A stretch of DNA of 64,000 nt from Azolla caroliniana (taxonomy: Eukaryota > Plantae > Polypodiophyta). The stretch lies in the NCBI GenBank assembly GCA_043228905.1, contig JBHGNT010000007.1, positions 8,618,001-8,682,000 of the forward strand, read 5' to 3'. The position numbers and the translations under genes were made by a program. The notes under the pieces are model-generated. The model was not told the DNA's origin. It was given only the letters and a program-made list of their open reading frames with translations, and searched no databases. Below are positions 23,601 through 35,900 of this stretch, piece by piece; position 1 is the first letter of the stretch; every line of letters starts with the position of its first letter.

Positions 23601-26600
23601 TATGAGGAAGAGAATCATCTAGAGATTGAAATGAGGGAAGATGAGAAGAAGAATTAGCTTGTTGAGTAGGATTGATCTTTGCCTTGTGATTAGATGGAAG
23701 AGTAACACAAATAGTGGAAGTAGAGGATGAGCCAATGTTGGCTCCTTTAATATGAGAGCTATTAATATTCGAGATGGTTGAGGAAGGTGGTTGTAAGTGG
23801 GTAGGGGTAGGTAATAAAGGAGGTAGATTAGAAGAGAGTGAAGAAGAAACCTTTGTAGAAAGCCCATTTTCTTGAAATATCACATTGCGACTAAAGAATA
23901 TTCTTCACTTTTGTGGATCGTAGAGCTTGTACGCCTTGAAACCCGAAGCTTCTCCATATCCGATGAAAATTGATTTTGTAGCCCTTGGATCTAGCTTATT
24001 TCTTTGAACATTTGGCACAAAAGCATAAGCATCACAACCAAAAATACGAAGGTTACTTAAGTTAGGTTTGTGACCATGCCATAGTTCATAAGGGGTTTGG
24101 ACTCCAAGGATCTATGAAATCCTCGATTTTGAATATAGCAAGCGGTGCCAACCGCTTCCTCCCAAAATTGAGACAATAAGTGAGAAAATTGTAACATACT
24201 CCGAGCCATATTGAGAAGTGACCTATTCTTTCTTTCAGATACACCATTTTGTTGTGGTGTGTGTGGTGTTGATATTCTATGATGTATGCCTTCATTTTGA
24301 TACAAACATTGAAATTCATGAGACATATACTCACCACCACCATCGGTTTGAAGACGTTTAATCTTTCATGATGTTTGCACTTTGACTCGAGCCTTGTATT
24401 CTGTTGAGAATCAAGCTCAACATAGTGCAACATGTGAACACACCTTTTGAGAATCCATGATTAATCAAAGGTCAAGAGTCACACCACTACTCTCTACACA
24501 TTAACTATGTGTCATAGAATCATATTCTATGACACATAACTAATGAGTTACATATTCCCCATGACTATGAGTCTTCACATTCCCCAAGAGAGAGAGTGGT
24601 TGTTGTAAGTTAATGAAGAGAGAGGGTGACTCTATATAAAGCACCCTCCTCATACTTCATACGAAGCCGGTTGTGACTCCTTATTATGCTACATTTCGTA
24701 ATTCTTATTCTATTTGTGAAATATACACCTTCTTCTTGAGTATTCCTTTTTCTATCTATCTTGTGTTCTCTCATCTCTCCTCTAATTCCTCTCACACATA
24801 CACATAACACACATCTCTTCTGCTACACAAGAATCATACCCGATTCTTCACATGGTATCAGAGCAATTTGGTAGCTCGATCTAGCCCATTCGCCTCATCG
24901 TGATCGTGTGTTGTGCTCTACGCCGACGTTCAAGATGAACCGGCTCATCGCTATCGTAGTACCACTACATAGCTCGTGTTCGAGAGAGAAGGAAAAGAAG
25001 AAAGGAAGCTTAATCGACAATGAATACTCAAATGGGGAGTGCTCTCCCTAGCGAGAAGTTGGATCGCAACAACTTTGCATCTTGGGAGTACAAGATGCAC
25101 CAATACCTTGTTGGCCAAGGCTATTGGAGTTACATCAAAGGAGCACAAGAAAACCAACCCGACCCGAAAGACGTCGACTATGCAACTCGGGAGCAAGCGG
25201 CAAGCTGAGTGATGTATTGCTTGGCGACATGTGTTCACGACCACATGCTCGGCTACATTCGACAAGCCGAGACGTCGAAGGAAGCATGGGAGAACCTACG
25301 AAAGATTTTCGCCACCAACACAGCCGCAAGAAAGCTTCAAGTCCGCCAAGAGTTGAACAACATCCAACAACGGGATATGTCCATTACAAGCTACACCTTG
25401 AAGATCAAGGAACTTTGTGATGCACTTAGCTCGATAAGCATCAATGTGGAGGATGACGAAATGGTGCAAATATGCCTCGGCGGCCTTGCACCACGGTTCG
25501 GCGCGATGTGGACCGCCGTACTAGCACGGGAGAATCCACCCTCCTTCTTCGATCTTCTATCCATGTTGTTGGTCGAAGAGAATCATGTTCAAACAAGGAG
25601 CAATGCCTCGGAAGGCCACATGCTCTACACGCATTTAGACGGAGGAAGAGGACGCGGTCGTGCAAGAAGAGGCCAATTCGGCCAAGGACAAGGCGGACGA
25701 GGTTCGATTTACGAAAACAACTCTCAATTACAGCAACAAGATGGAGGCCATCGAGGAACCCTCGGAAGAAGGGGGAGCCACCATTCCGGTTCAAGTCGAC
25801 AAACCTCAATCAGATGCGGATATTGCGGCAAAGTCGGCCACCGCAAAGAAGAATGCCGAAAGAAGATGCGTGAGTCGGCTTCCATTAGTTGACAACTCAC
25901 CAATTACGCCTACAATGGATTATTCGTAATGAGACATAGAGCGAATTCTATGTCGGCCTCTACTTCTACTAGTGTCTCCGGTCCAAAAGACGTATGGTTG
26001 GTCGATTCCAATGCCTCAAACCATATGATGTCGCATCAAAAATGGTTCTAAGAACTTCGAGAGCCGGACCGACCCGGCTATGTCGAAACCGAAGACAACA
26101 CTATGCACCCAATTCGGCACATCAGCAATGTTCCATTCGGAAAAGAAGGTAAGAAAACTTACATTAAAAATGTCTTGCATGTACCAACTATCACGAAGAA
26201 TTTGGTTTCCGTAGGCCAAATTGTAGAGCAAGGAATGCAAGTTCGATTTAATCAAGCCGATTGCTTCATCGAAAAAGAGGGCCGACTCATCGCGCGCGGA
26301 CTAAGAGAGAGCCAAATGTTCATTCTCGACTCGCACGAGATGAAATTGGCCATGTTCGCAAAAGGCACGAAAGCCGAGTCCGACATAGAGTTATGGCACA
26401 AGCGGATTGGCCATATCAACCTTCAAAAGCTCAAGGCGATGCAATCGAAAGGAGTCCTCATTGGACTCCCGACCTTCGAAGAGAGAGAGAGAGATTGAAG
26501 GCGTATGTGCGGCTTGCTAATTCGGCAAGCAACATCGGCATCCATTTCCAAGGGAGAGGAATGTAAGCAAAGGCATACTCGACGTAATTCATTCCGATGT

Positions 26601-28194
26601 ATGGGGAACAACTCAAACGACGACATTCGGCGGATGCCCATACTACGTGACCTTTATCGACGACTTCTCTAGGCACACTTGGATCTACCTGATGCGGCAA
26701 AAGAGCGAAGTGTTTGAACACATCCAAAAATTCAAGAGTGGAGTCGAAAAAGCTACGAGTCGACACATACGGTGCCTTCGATCGGATGGAGGCAAAGAAT
26801 ATTTCTCGGATGAGTTTATGGCGTATCTTCGAAAAGAAGGGATTCGACAAGAATTTTTGTGTTGATATACGCCACAACAGAACGGAGTAGCCGAACGCAA
26901 GAATCAGCACATCCTCAAAGTGGCACGGGCTATGCTTAACGAAAAGCACATGCCGAAATCATATTGGGCATAAGCAGCTAACACGGCCGTCTATCTCATG
27001 AATCGGTGTACGACATCCTACGTGCATGAACTCAAGCTGCACGAGAAGTTTTTCGGAAAGAAGTCGGATCTATCACATGTTCGGATATTCGACTCCATTA
27101 CGTATGTGCACATCCCCGACGAAAAGAGACAAAAGCTCGACCCGAAGTCAGAGAAATGTATCCTCATAGGATACTCAATGGAGCAAAAGGGGTAAAAGTG
27201 CTATAACCCCTCAACTCGAAAATTTCGAGTAAGTCAAGACGTCGTTTTGGACGAGTCCGCATCTTGGTATGCACCAGAGACAACTTCGACTTCAATTCTG
27301 CTCGACCCAGATTCCGCTGAAATAGAGATAGAATCCAAAGATCGACTCACACGCATGTTCAAAGAAAGCCCAATTAAGACAAGGTTTAGTGAGCCACAAG
27401 AGCCCCCGAGCGATCAAAGCACATCTCAGCCGAGTTCAAAGTTGGACAAAGCCAAGGCAAAAATGCCGGAGTATGAAGGCAATCACTTCGATGGCAACGA
27501 ATCGACTCACTCCCTCGATAGTGAGTTCGAAGGCCTTGAGATCCGGACAAATGGAGTGGAGAAAGGCGTAGTATCCGCAAACGAGAAGCTCCGCCGATCC
27601 ACCCGTGAAAAAAAACCCATAAGCTGATTCGGCTACAATGATTATATGGCGTACCATTACGCCTTTATGATGAAGGTGGCGACAGTACGAGAGCCGGAAA
27701 CGTTTTCCGAAGCCGCGACGAACCCTAGATGGGTTGAAGTGATGAATGAGGAAATACAACCACTCTCCAAGAATGAGACATGGGATCTCATTCCCCACTC
27801 ACCGCACAAGAAGGCAATTGGCTACAGATGGATCTACAAGGTTGTCAAGATTCGAACTCTTGACACGACCATGTTATAATCTAGTATCATGGGTTAACCA
27901 ATATATCTAGTACACAGTTATGTATGTAATTGGTCCTTATTGTTTTGCTAGTATCATGTGCATAGTTGCTCCCTTCTAGTATTTACACTTGGCACATGCA
28001 TGCATACCTACATGCTCTATTGTAGATTCACATGCATGCAACAAGTATGCAAGCCGTGTAGTATAAATAGAGGGGTTCACCTTGAAGGAATTCAAGGTGA
28101 ACAACACCAGTTATGGAGTCTTTCTGTTAATACTACTCATCCATTTTTCTATCTTCTTTCTTGTCTCTTGAGCTTATGATCTATCTGTGACAGT

Positions 28195-28205
28195 TTGTTC
28201 ACCTT
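28195..28205 (+). promoter_or_regulatory. Element J self-priming PBS
   Basis: TTGTTCACCTT is the exact reverse complement of AAGGTGAACAA (28094-28104), about 30 nt downstream of the LTR TATA; no TGG-type PBS. Confidence 0.8.
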
Positions 28206-28478
28206 CCCATCCTCATAGCTCTCCCTCTCATTAGCCATAGCTATGTCTGACTCAACTAGTGAGTTAGGCCAAATAATGGTAGCCTTACGACAACTCCAGC
28301 TTGAAAAGGAAGCTCTTCGAAATTCTTTACAAGAACTTCAAGTCAGTGCCTCCCTATCCTCACAACCCCCGAAGCCTAGTCTCCCACAACAACCTAGCCT
28401 AGAGCCCGATCTTCTACCAACATCTAGCCTAGCTTCGTTGCATTTTCTTGAGCCTAAGGTTAGCCTCCCAGAAAATGC

Positions 28479-31400
28479 TTGACCTGGGTGGTAGACTCCG
28501 GAGCGTCGTTCCACCTTACCCCGGACCGAAAATGCTTCTCATCCTATTCAGCCGGTGATCACGGCTGTGTCCAGATGGGGAATGAAGGAACATGCCGAAT
28601 TGTCGGCATAGGAGACGTGTGGCTGACAACACCAACCGGATGCAAGTTGCTGCTGAAGGATGTCTGACACGTTCCGGAAGTTCGTCTGAACCTGATATCA
28701 GCCGGTCAGCTACATGATGAAGGCTACACGGGTAGCATCCGGAACGGTGTCATGAAGTTCAGCAAAGGGAGCCTGATTGTGGCTCGGGCCCGGAAGGTCA
28801 ACACGTTGTACCTGATGAATGCCCGGTTATGTCCGGAAGAAGTGAACGTGGTATACGACACTGCCGGTGAGCTGTGGCACAAGAGGCTGTGTCATATGAG
28901 CGAGAAGGGGATGAACAGGCTTGCAGACGACAACCTCATTCCAGTGAAGAACGTGCACTTACAGAAGTGCACTGATTTTCTGGCCGGTAAGCAGAACCGG
29001 ACCTCCTTCCGACCAAGGCCACCGATGAGACGTAATGCACCACTGGAGTTGGTGCATACGGATGTGTGTCAGGTAGACACGAAGTCACATGCCGGAGCGC
29101 AGTACTTCGTGACGTTCATAGATGACCACAGCCGGAAGCTGTGGGCCACACCGTTGAAGACGAAGGATCAGGTGTTATCCGTCTTCAAAGAGCTCCACGC
29201 AAGAGTGGAAAGAGAAACCGGCCGGAAGCTGAAGGCGGTTCGAGCAGATAACGGAGGAGAATACCGGGGGCAGTTCGAGGAGTACTGCCGCTCAAAGGGA
29301 ATCTGGCTCGAATTTACCGTGCCGAAGACGCCGGAACTAAACGGGCTGGCCGAGAGGATGAACCGGACCATAATGGAGAGGGTCCGGAGTATGCTAGTGC
29401 ATGCAAAACTACCCAAGAAGTTTTGGGCTGAGGCACTGTCGACGGCGACATACGTGATAAATAGATCACCCTCAGTACCCTTGGACGGAGACACGCCACA
29501 TAGAGTGTGGACCGGTAAGGAAGTATCCTACCGGCATCTGAAGGTGTTTGGGTGTCTCGCGTACGTGCATGTAGCTAAGGACCTGAGAGGAAAGTCATAT
29601 CCAAAGACTCGGCCATGCATATTCCTCAGTTACGGTGACGATGAGTTCGGCTACCGAGTGTGGGACCTGGTCGACAAGAAGGTATTCCGGAGTCGAGATA
29701 TTATCTTCATGGAGAACAAGACGCTCGCCGACTGGGAGTCGGAGAAGAAGATAATGAACTCTGAGTCGACGGGTAAGGATAGACTCTACGATGAGCAAAC
29801 CCAACCGGAAAGAGACTGGTTAGCACTCGAGGAACCAGCCGGTTACGGTGAGGATACCGAACCGGCAGAAGAAGAGGTAGAGGAAGCTGAGACCGGAACT
29901 GGCCAAGACCCCGAATCGGATTCGGATGAAGAGCAAATGGAGGAGCCGGTTACCGAAGCCCGAAGACGGAGATATCCTCTCAGAGAGAGAAGGGCCCCCC
30001 AGAGATTTCCGGATGCAGAGCATGTTCTGTTGACTGATGAGGGGGAGCCGGAAAGCTTCGAAGAAGTGAAGGAAGACACCCACAGCCGAAAATGGTTAAG
30101 TGCCATGCAGGACGAGATGGATTCCCTGCATGAGAACCATAGATACGAATTGGTGGAGTTGCCGAAAGTAAAGCGGGCACTCCGAAACAAGTGGGTGTAC
30201 AAGTTGAAACCGGGAGATGCCGGCAACCCCCCGAGATACAAAGCCAGGATCGTGGTGAAGGGGTTCCAGCAGAAGAAGGGCGTGGACTTCGACGAGATAT
30301 TTGCCCCGGTAGTAAAGATGACCTCCATCCGGACGGTGTTGAGTATAGCAGCAAGCATGGACCTTGAGGTAGAGCAGCTGGACGTGAAGACGGCATTCTT
30401 TCACGGCGACCTCGAAGAGGAGATCTACATGCAGCAACCGGAAGGATTCGTGGAGAAAGGGAAGGAGCACCTGGTATGCCGGTTGAAGAAGAGCCTGTAC
30501 GGACTAAAGCAGGCTCCCCGACAATGGTACTGGAAGTTCGACTCCTTCATGACCGATCAAGGGTACCACAAGACGCAGGCCGATCACTGCGTGTTTGTGA
30601 AGAAGTTCGAAGGAGGCGACTTCTTGATATTCCTCCTGTACGTGGATGACATGCTGATCGTCGGACGGGACCAAGTCAAAATACAGATGCTGAAGAAGGC
30701 TCTCAACCGGACCTTCTCAATGAAAGACTTGGGTCCGGCAAGACAGATGTTGGGGATGCACATCATTCGGGACCGGTCAGTGAAGCAATTATGGCTGTCA
30801 CAGGAGAAGTATGTGACAAAGGTGCTTCACCGGTTCAACATGTCAGAAGCGAAACCGGTCGGATTGACACTTCCGGCAAACTGCAGGCTATCCGGTAAGC
30901 AAAGCCCGAAGACGAAAGCAGAGAAGGCGGATATGATGAAGATTCCATAGGCCTCTGCCGTCGGGAGCTTGATGTACGCAATTGTGTGTACCCGATCGGA
31001 CATAGGATACGCAGTCGGAGTGGTGAGCCGGTTTATGAGCAATCCCGGCAAGGAGCACTGGAACGCGGTCAAATGGATACTCCGATATTTGAAGGGCACT
31101 TCAAATATGTGTCTCCGATTCGGCTCCGGAAAACCTCAACTGGACGGTTTCACCGATTCGGACATGTCGGCTGATGTGGATACCAGCCGGTCTACATCCG
31201 GGTATGTAATGACATATGCAGGGGGAGCTATTTCGTGGCAGTCGAGGCTGCAGAAGACGGTTGCATTGTCAACCACGGAAGCAGAGTACATGGCAGCTGT
31301 GGAAGCCGGCAAGGAAATTTTATGGATGAAGGACTTCATCGGAGAGCTCGGTAAACGGCAAGAGGAATACCGACTCTATTGCGACAGTCAAAGTGCCATC

Positions 31401-32319
31401 CACCTTGCTAAGAATGCGGCCTACCATTCCCGGACGAAGCATATCCAGCGGAGGTATCACTGGATCCGGGAAAGAGTAGATGACCAGGAGTTCGCACTGA
31501 CGAAGATCCACACGGCCGAGAACAGGTCAGATATGCCAACCAAAGTGTTGACACCCGACAAGCTGGACGCATGCCGGAAGAGGATCGGAATGGTAAGACA
31601 CCCCATGCCGGAGTGAAGGGGGAGTTTGTTGGGAGACAGGTCCCTCCGGATGGGAAGGGAGAAGAACAGTGCCGATGAACAAACTCGGCCGAGGCCGAAA
31701 TCGGATGAGGAGTACCTGGGTACGGAGAGCTGGATGGTGCGGGCCCGGTGTGAACCGGATGAGGAGTACCAGGCTACGGAGAGCCGGATGGTGCAGGACC
31801 GGTGTGAACCGGATGAGGAGTACCCGGCTACGGAGAGCCGAATGGTGCAGAACCGGTGAGAACCGGAGGAAGAGACATATTTGTAAATATGTTTCTGAGA
31901 GCCCATCGAGGCTATATTTGTAAATAGCCGAAAAGTCATATTAGTATAAATATGACTTAGGGCAAACTTTTAGTTGTTGTTGTCATTTTCTGTTTTGCAC
32001 GAGATTAGTGTGCATAACTGTACAGAGAGAGAGAGAGAGAGAGAAAGAGGTCGTTGCCTCTGTTGTAACCGCCGCCTATGGCGAAGATTTGTGAGCACGA
32101 GGTCGGTGCCTCAGTGAACTCACTGTTGTATATTCCTACATAGTGACAGTTTGCAGCCTGTGGGCTGCCGTGGTTTTTCCCCTAGTTTGGGGTTTTCCAC
32201 GTAAACCTCCTGTGTATTCTCTCCTTCTTTGTGTCGCGTTTTATTTCCCGTTTTCTGTGTATCATTCTAAGCTCGGTTGTGGCCGAGTGTTGCGCATAAG
32301 GAACGTTGGGTTCCCGTCA
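28479..32319 (+). mobile_element. Element K: Ty1/copia (same group as E), 5'-deleted; pol nearly intact; 3' LTR 31627-32319
   Basis: WVVDSGAS; 732-aa ORF 28752-30950 (INT, RT YVDD); RH 30969-31616; PPT GAAGGGGGAGTT; LTR TGTTGGGA...TCCCGTCA. Confidence 0.9.
31702..31868 (+). repeat. 54-bp tandem repeat x3 in K LTR U3
   Basis: CGGATGAGGAGTACC... recurs at 31702, 31756 and 31810. Confidence 0.9.
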
Positions 32320-32962
32320 CGACCCAAGCTTGGTTTGCACCATTGGTAGAAACCTCTTCACCTCTATTGGCGGACTTTCTCGCCTTCCTCGCCGAGTTAG
32401 AGGCCACATTTGGAGAGACGGACCGACGACGTACAACTCTTAACAAGATTTATGCACTTGAAAAAGGTTCGCATGCAGCTTCGGTCTATGCTTCAGAATT
32501 TCAACAACTAGCATGCGACATCAATTGGGATGATCAAGCTTTAGTTGATCACTTTCGGCGCGGCCTTCGAAGCAATGTCAAGAATCTTCTCTTAAACTTT
32601 CCAGAGCCCACCTCGTTATCCCAAGCGATTTCACAAGCAGTCCATTGTGACAATCGTCTTTTCGAATTTCTCCAAGAAGAGCGCCGAACTTGGGTTCCAC
32701 CTCATTCACTTCCACAACACGCCCCGATCATACAACCCCAACCATCCCCCCCACCGATTGGGTCACACTCCCCTACTTTGGCAGATGCCCCTGTCCCTAT
32801 GGAAATTGATCAAGCCCGATTTCGGCCATTGACTGATGCCGAATGACAATTTCGGTGGGCTAATGTCTTGTGCATGTATTGTGGCGCCTCCGGCCATGTC
32901 GTTCGCCATTGTCCTAGAAGTAATCGCCCACAATTCCATCGAGCTAACAGACCCCAACATCC

Positions 32963-32969
32963 GGAAAAC
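32963..32969 (+). promoter_or_regulatory. Putative -1 gag-pol slippery site of J
   Basis: G_GAA_AAC in the gag frame shortly before the gag stop; pol ORF 32978 is in the -1 frame. Confidence 0.6.
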
Positions 32970-35900
32970 GACATCGTTTGGTTGCAGTAGGAGCCATGCA
33001 ATTGGACATCTCCCCTCGCCTACATTCTCTTGGTTCCATTGCCGAACCATCAGGCAATTTCACATTGGAGGTATGGATTTCATTTAACTCTAGTTCCATT
33101 CAGTCTGTTTCTTTACTTGATTCTGGGGCATCTTCTTGTTTCATCGACATCGCGTTTGCCCAAGCACATGGCGTACCTGTCATTGGCCTCTCAAAACCCA
33201 TTCCTATTGAAGCCATCGATGGGTGCGTCCTCTCGTCAGGTGTAATTACTCAAGCTACAATCCTATTAGGGCTTTGTGTGGGCTCCCACCAGGAGGAGCT
33301 CGCCTTTTACCTCATCGCATCTCCTCGACATCCGATCGTCTTAGGACTAACGTGGTTGGAGGCGCACAATCCAATAGTGGATTGGTGCAACCGCTCGATC
33401 ACATTTAGCAAGCCAGGATGCTCGTGCAAAAGTATGAAGGTAAATTCAGTTTCCCATCCTTCGGAGAAGGTCGATTCCGATTTGACTACCCCATCATCGG
33501 TCCAAGATGGGTTTGTTTGTGGCATCGTTTCTAACACACTCCATGTTATTCCCGACAAATACCAACACTTCTCCGACGTATTTGAAAAATGTAATGTTGA
33601 TCGTTTGCCTGAACACCGGCTCTACAACTGTCTGATTGATCTTCAAGAAGGTGCGTGTCCACCCTTTGGTCCTCTATATGCGTTGTCTGCACCAGAGTTG
33701 AAGGCCCTTCGTGTGTATTTCGATGAGAACCTCGAGAAAGGATTTATTCAACCTTCTAAGTCACCAGTCGGGGCCCCCATTTTAATTGTGAAGAAGAAGG
33801 ATGGCTCTCTATGCTTATGCGTCGACTACCGAGGTCTCAACAAATTCACTGTGCACAACCGCTATCCGCTACCTCTGATCTCCGAACTCCTTGATTGGCT
33901 CCGAGTTGCGCGTGTCTTCTTCAAAGTTGATTTGCGTGGAGCGTACAATCTAGTACGCATCAAGCCAGGGTATGAATGGAAAACCACATTTCGAACACGG
34001 TATGGGCATTTCGAATACAAGGTAATGCCTTTTGGTCTTACTAACACTCCAGCAATTTTTCAACATATGATGAACGATATGTTCCGGGAATATCTTGATC
34101 ATTTTGTTGTCATTTACCTCGATGATATTCTCATTTTCTCGCCAAACATGGAGAGCACACTCGCCAAGTCCGATTAGTTCTTGTCAAACTTCGCGAGCAT
34201 GGCCTTTATGCCAAAGGCAAGAAATGCGAGTTCGATCGTACCTCGATCGAATTTCTGGGCTACATCATCTCACCCGCTGGCATCACCATGGATATGAAGA
34301 AGGTCTTTGTCATTCAGGCGTGGGTGACTCCAAGGCGACTTAAAGATGTGCAATCCTTCCTCGGCTTCGCGAATTTTTACCGTCGCTTCATCAAGGGGTT
34401 TTCCACCCTAGCACAACCTCTTATCGCTCTCACCCGTAAAGGCCCTCCAGTTTTATTGACCTTGGAGGCGCAAAATGTGTTCGACTCACTCAAACACACA
34501 TTCATCACTGCTCCGGTGCTGCTACATGCTGACCCACAAAACCCTTCCAAGTCGAAACCGATGCCTCTGACTTCGCCATTGGTGCCATCTTATCCCAGGT
34601 AGACGACACCAACCTAATGCACCCAGTGGCTTACTACTCCCGGAAATTCAAGGCATCTGAAATCAATTATCCCATATACGACAAGGAGCTTGTTGCTATC
34701 ATTGCTGCCTTTGAAGAATGGCGACCCTACTTGGCCGGTGCATAACATCGTGTCCAGGTAATGACTGATCATAAAAATTTACTTTATTTTTCCACCACTC
34801 ATACTTTAAATCGAAGGCAGGCCCGTTGGTTGACATTTCTCGCCGACTACAATTTTGAGATCATATTTCAACCTGGTGACCAACATGGGAAGGCCGATGC
34901 CCTTTCTCGCCAAGCTGAGCTTGCACTCCGCCCTGGGGATGCTGCTTATGCTCAACAATCTAGAAGTTTGTTGAAACCTGACCAATTGCATCTTTTTGCC
35001 ACTTGTATGTTGCAGGATGATTCATTACTCCAACAGATCACTGATGCATCCAAGACCGATGCGTTCGCCAACGAGATTCGAGATAGTCTGCAAAACCCCT
35101 CCAAGACGACCAAAAGGAAGGATCTTGACACCTTCACCATACAAGAGGGTTTGTTGTTCCGAGATCATCTCTTATACGTCCCTGAGGGCCCATGTCGCAC
35201 CAAGGTGTTGCAGGAATGCCATGATGACCCACTTGCAGGTCATTTTGGGGTCGCGAAAACCCTCGAGCTAATCTCTTGGGGGTATTGGTGGCCACAACCA
35301 TGGAAGTTGGTCAAAGAGTACATAAAGAGTTGTGAGGTTTGTGCTCGCTCCAAAGCCATTCATCATCGGCCATACTACAACCGCTTCCATGTCCTCGTCA
35401 GCCCTGGGCCTCTATCTCTATGGACATGATAACTTATCTACCCTTGGTCAATAGCTATGACTCGGTGTTGGTTGTTGTCGATCGGTTTACGAAGATGGCT
35501 CACTTCACTCCATGCTCCAAAACCATTTCCGGAGAAGGAATGGTGCATCTACTACTCAACAATGTGGTATGCTTGCATGGACCCCCCGATGATGTCATCT
35601 ACGATCGCGGACCCCAGTTCGTCTCTCACTTTTTGCAGCGCCTGCTACAAACTTTAGGCATCTCTGTCAAGTTGTCATCCGCTTATCACCCCCAAACTGA
35701 CGGTCAAACAGAGCGTGTCAACCAATCCTTGAGCAGTATCTTCGGTGCTCTATTAGTTACCAACAAGATGATTGGATCAACTTACTTTCGCTCGTGGAAT
35801 TCGCCTACAATAATTCTCTCCATGCATCGATTGGCGTCACTCTCTTCTTTGCCAACTATGGTTTACATCATCTCTTCAACATTTCCCTTCCTACCACTTC

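Noticed and set aside
31702-31868. Regularly spaced repeats resembling a CRISPR array (also 16955-17152, 63300-63420)
   Set aside because: Head-to-tail tandem repeats without unique spacers; no cas genes; eukaryotic TE context.
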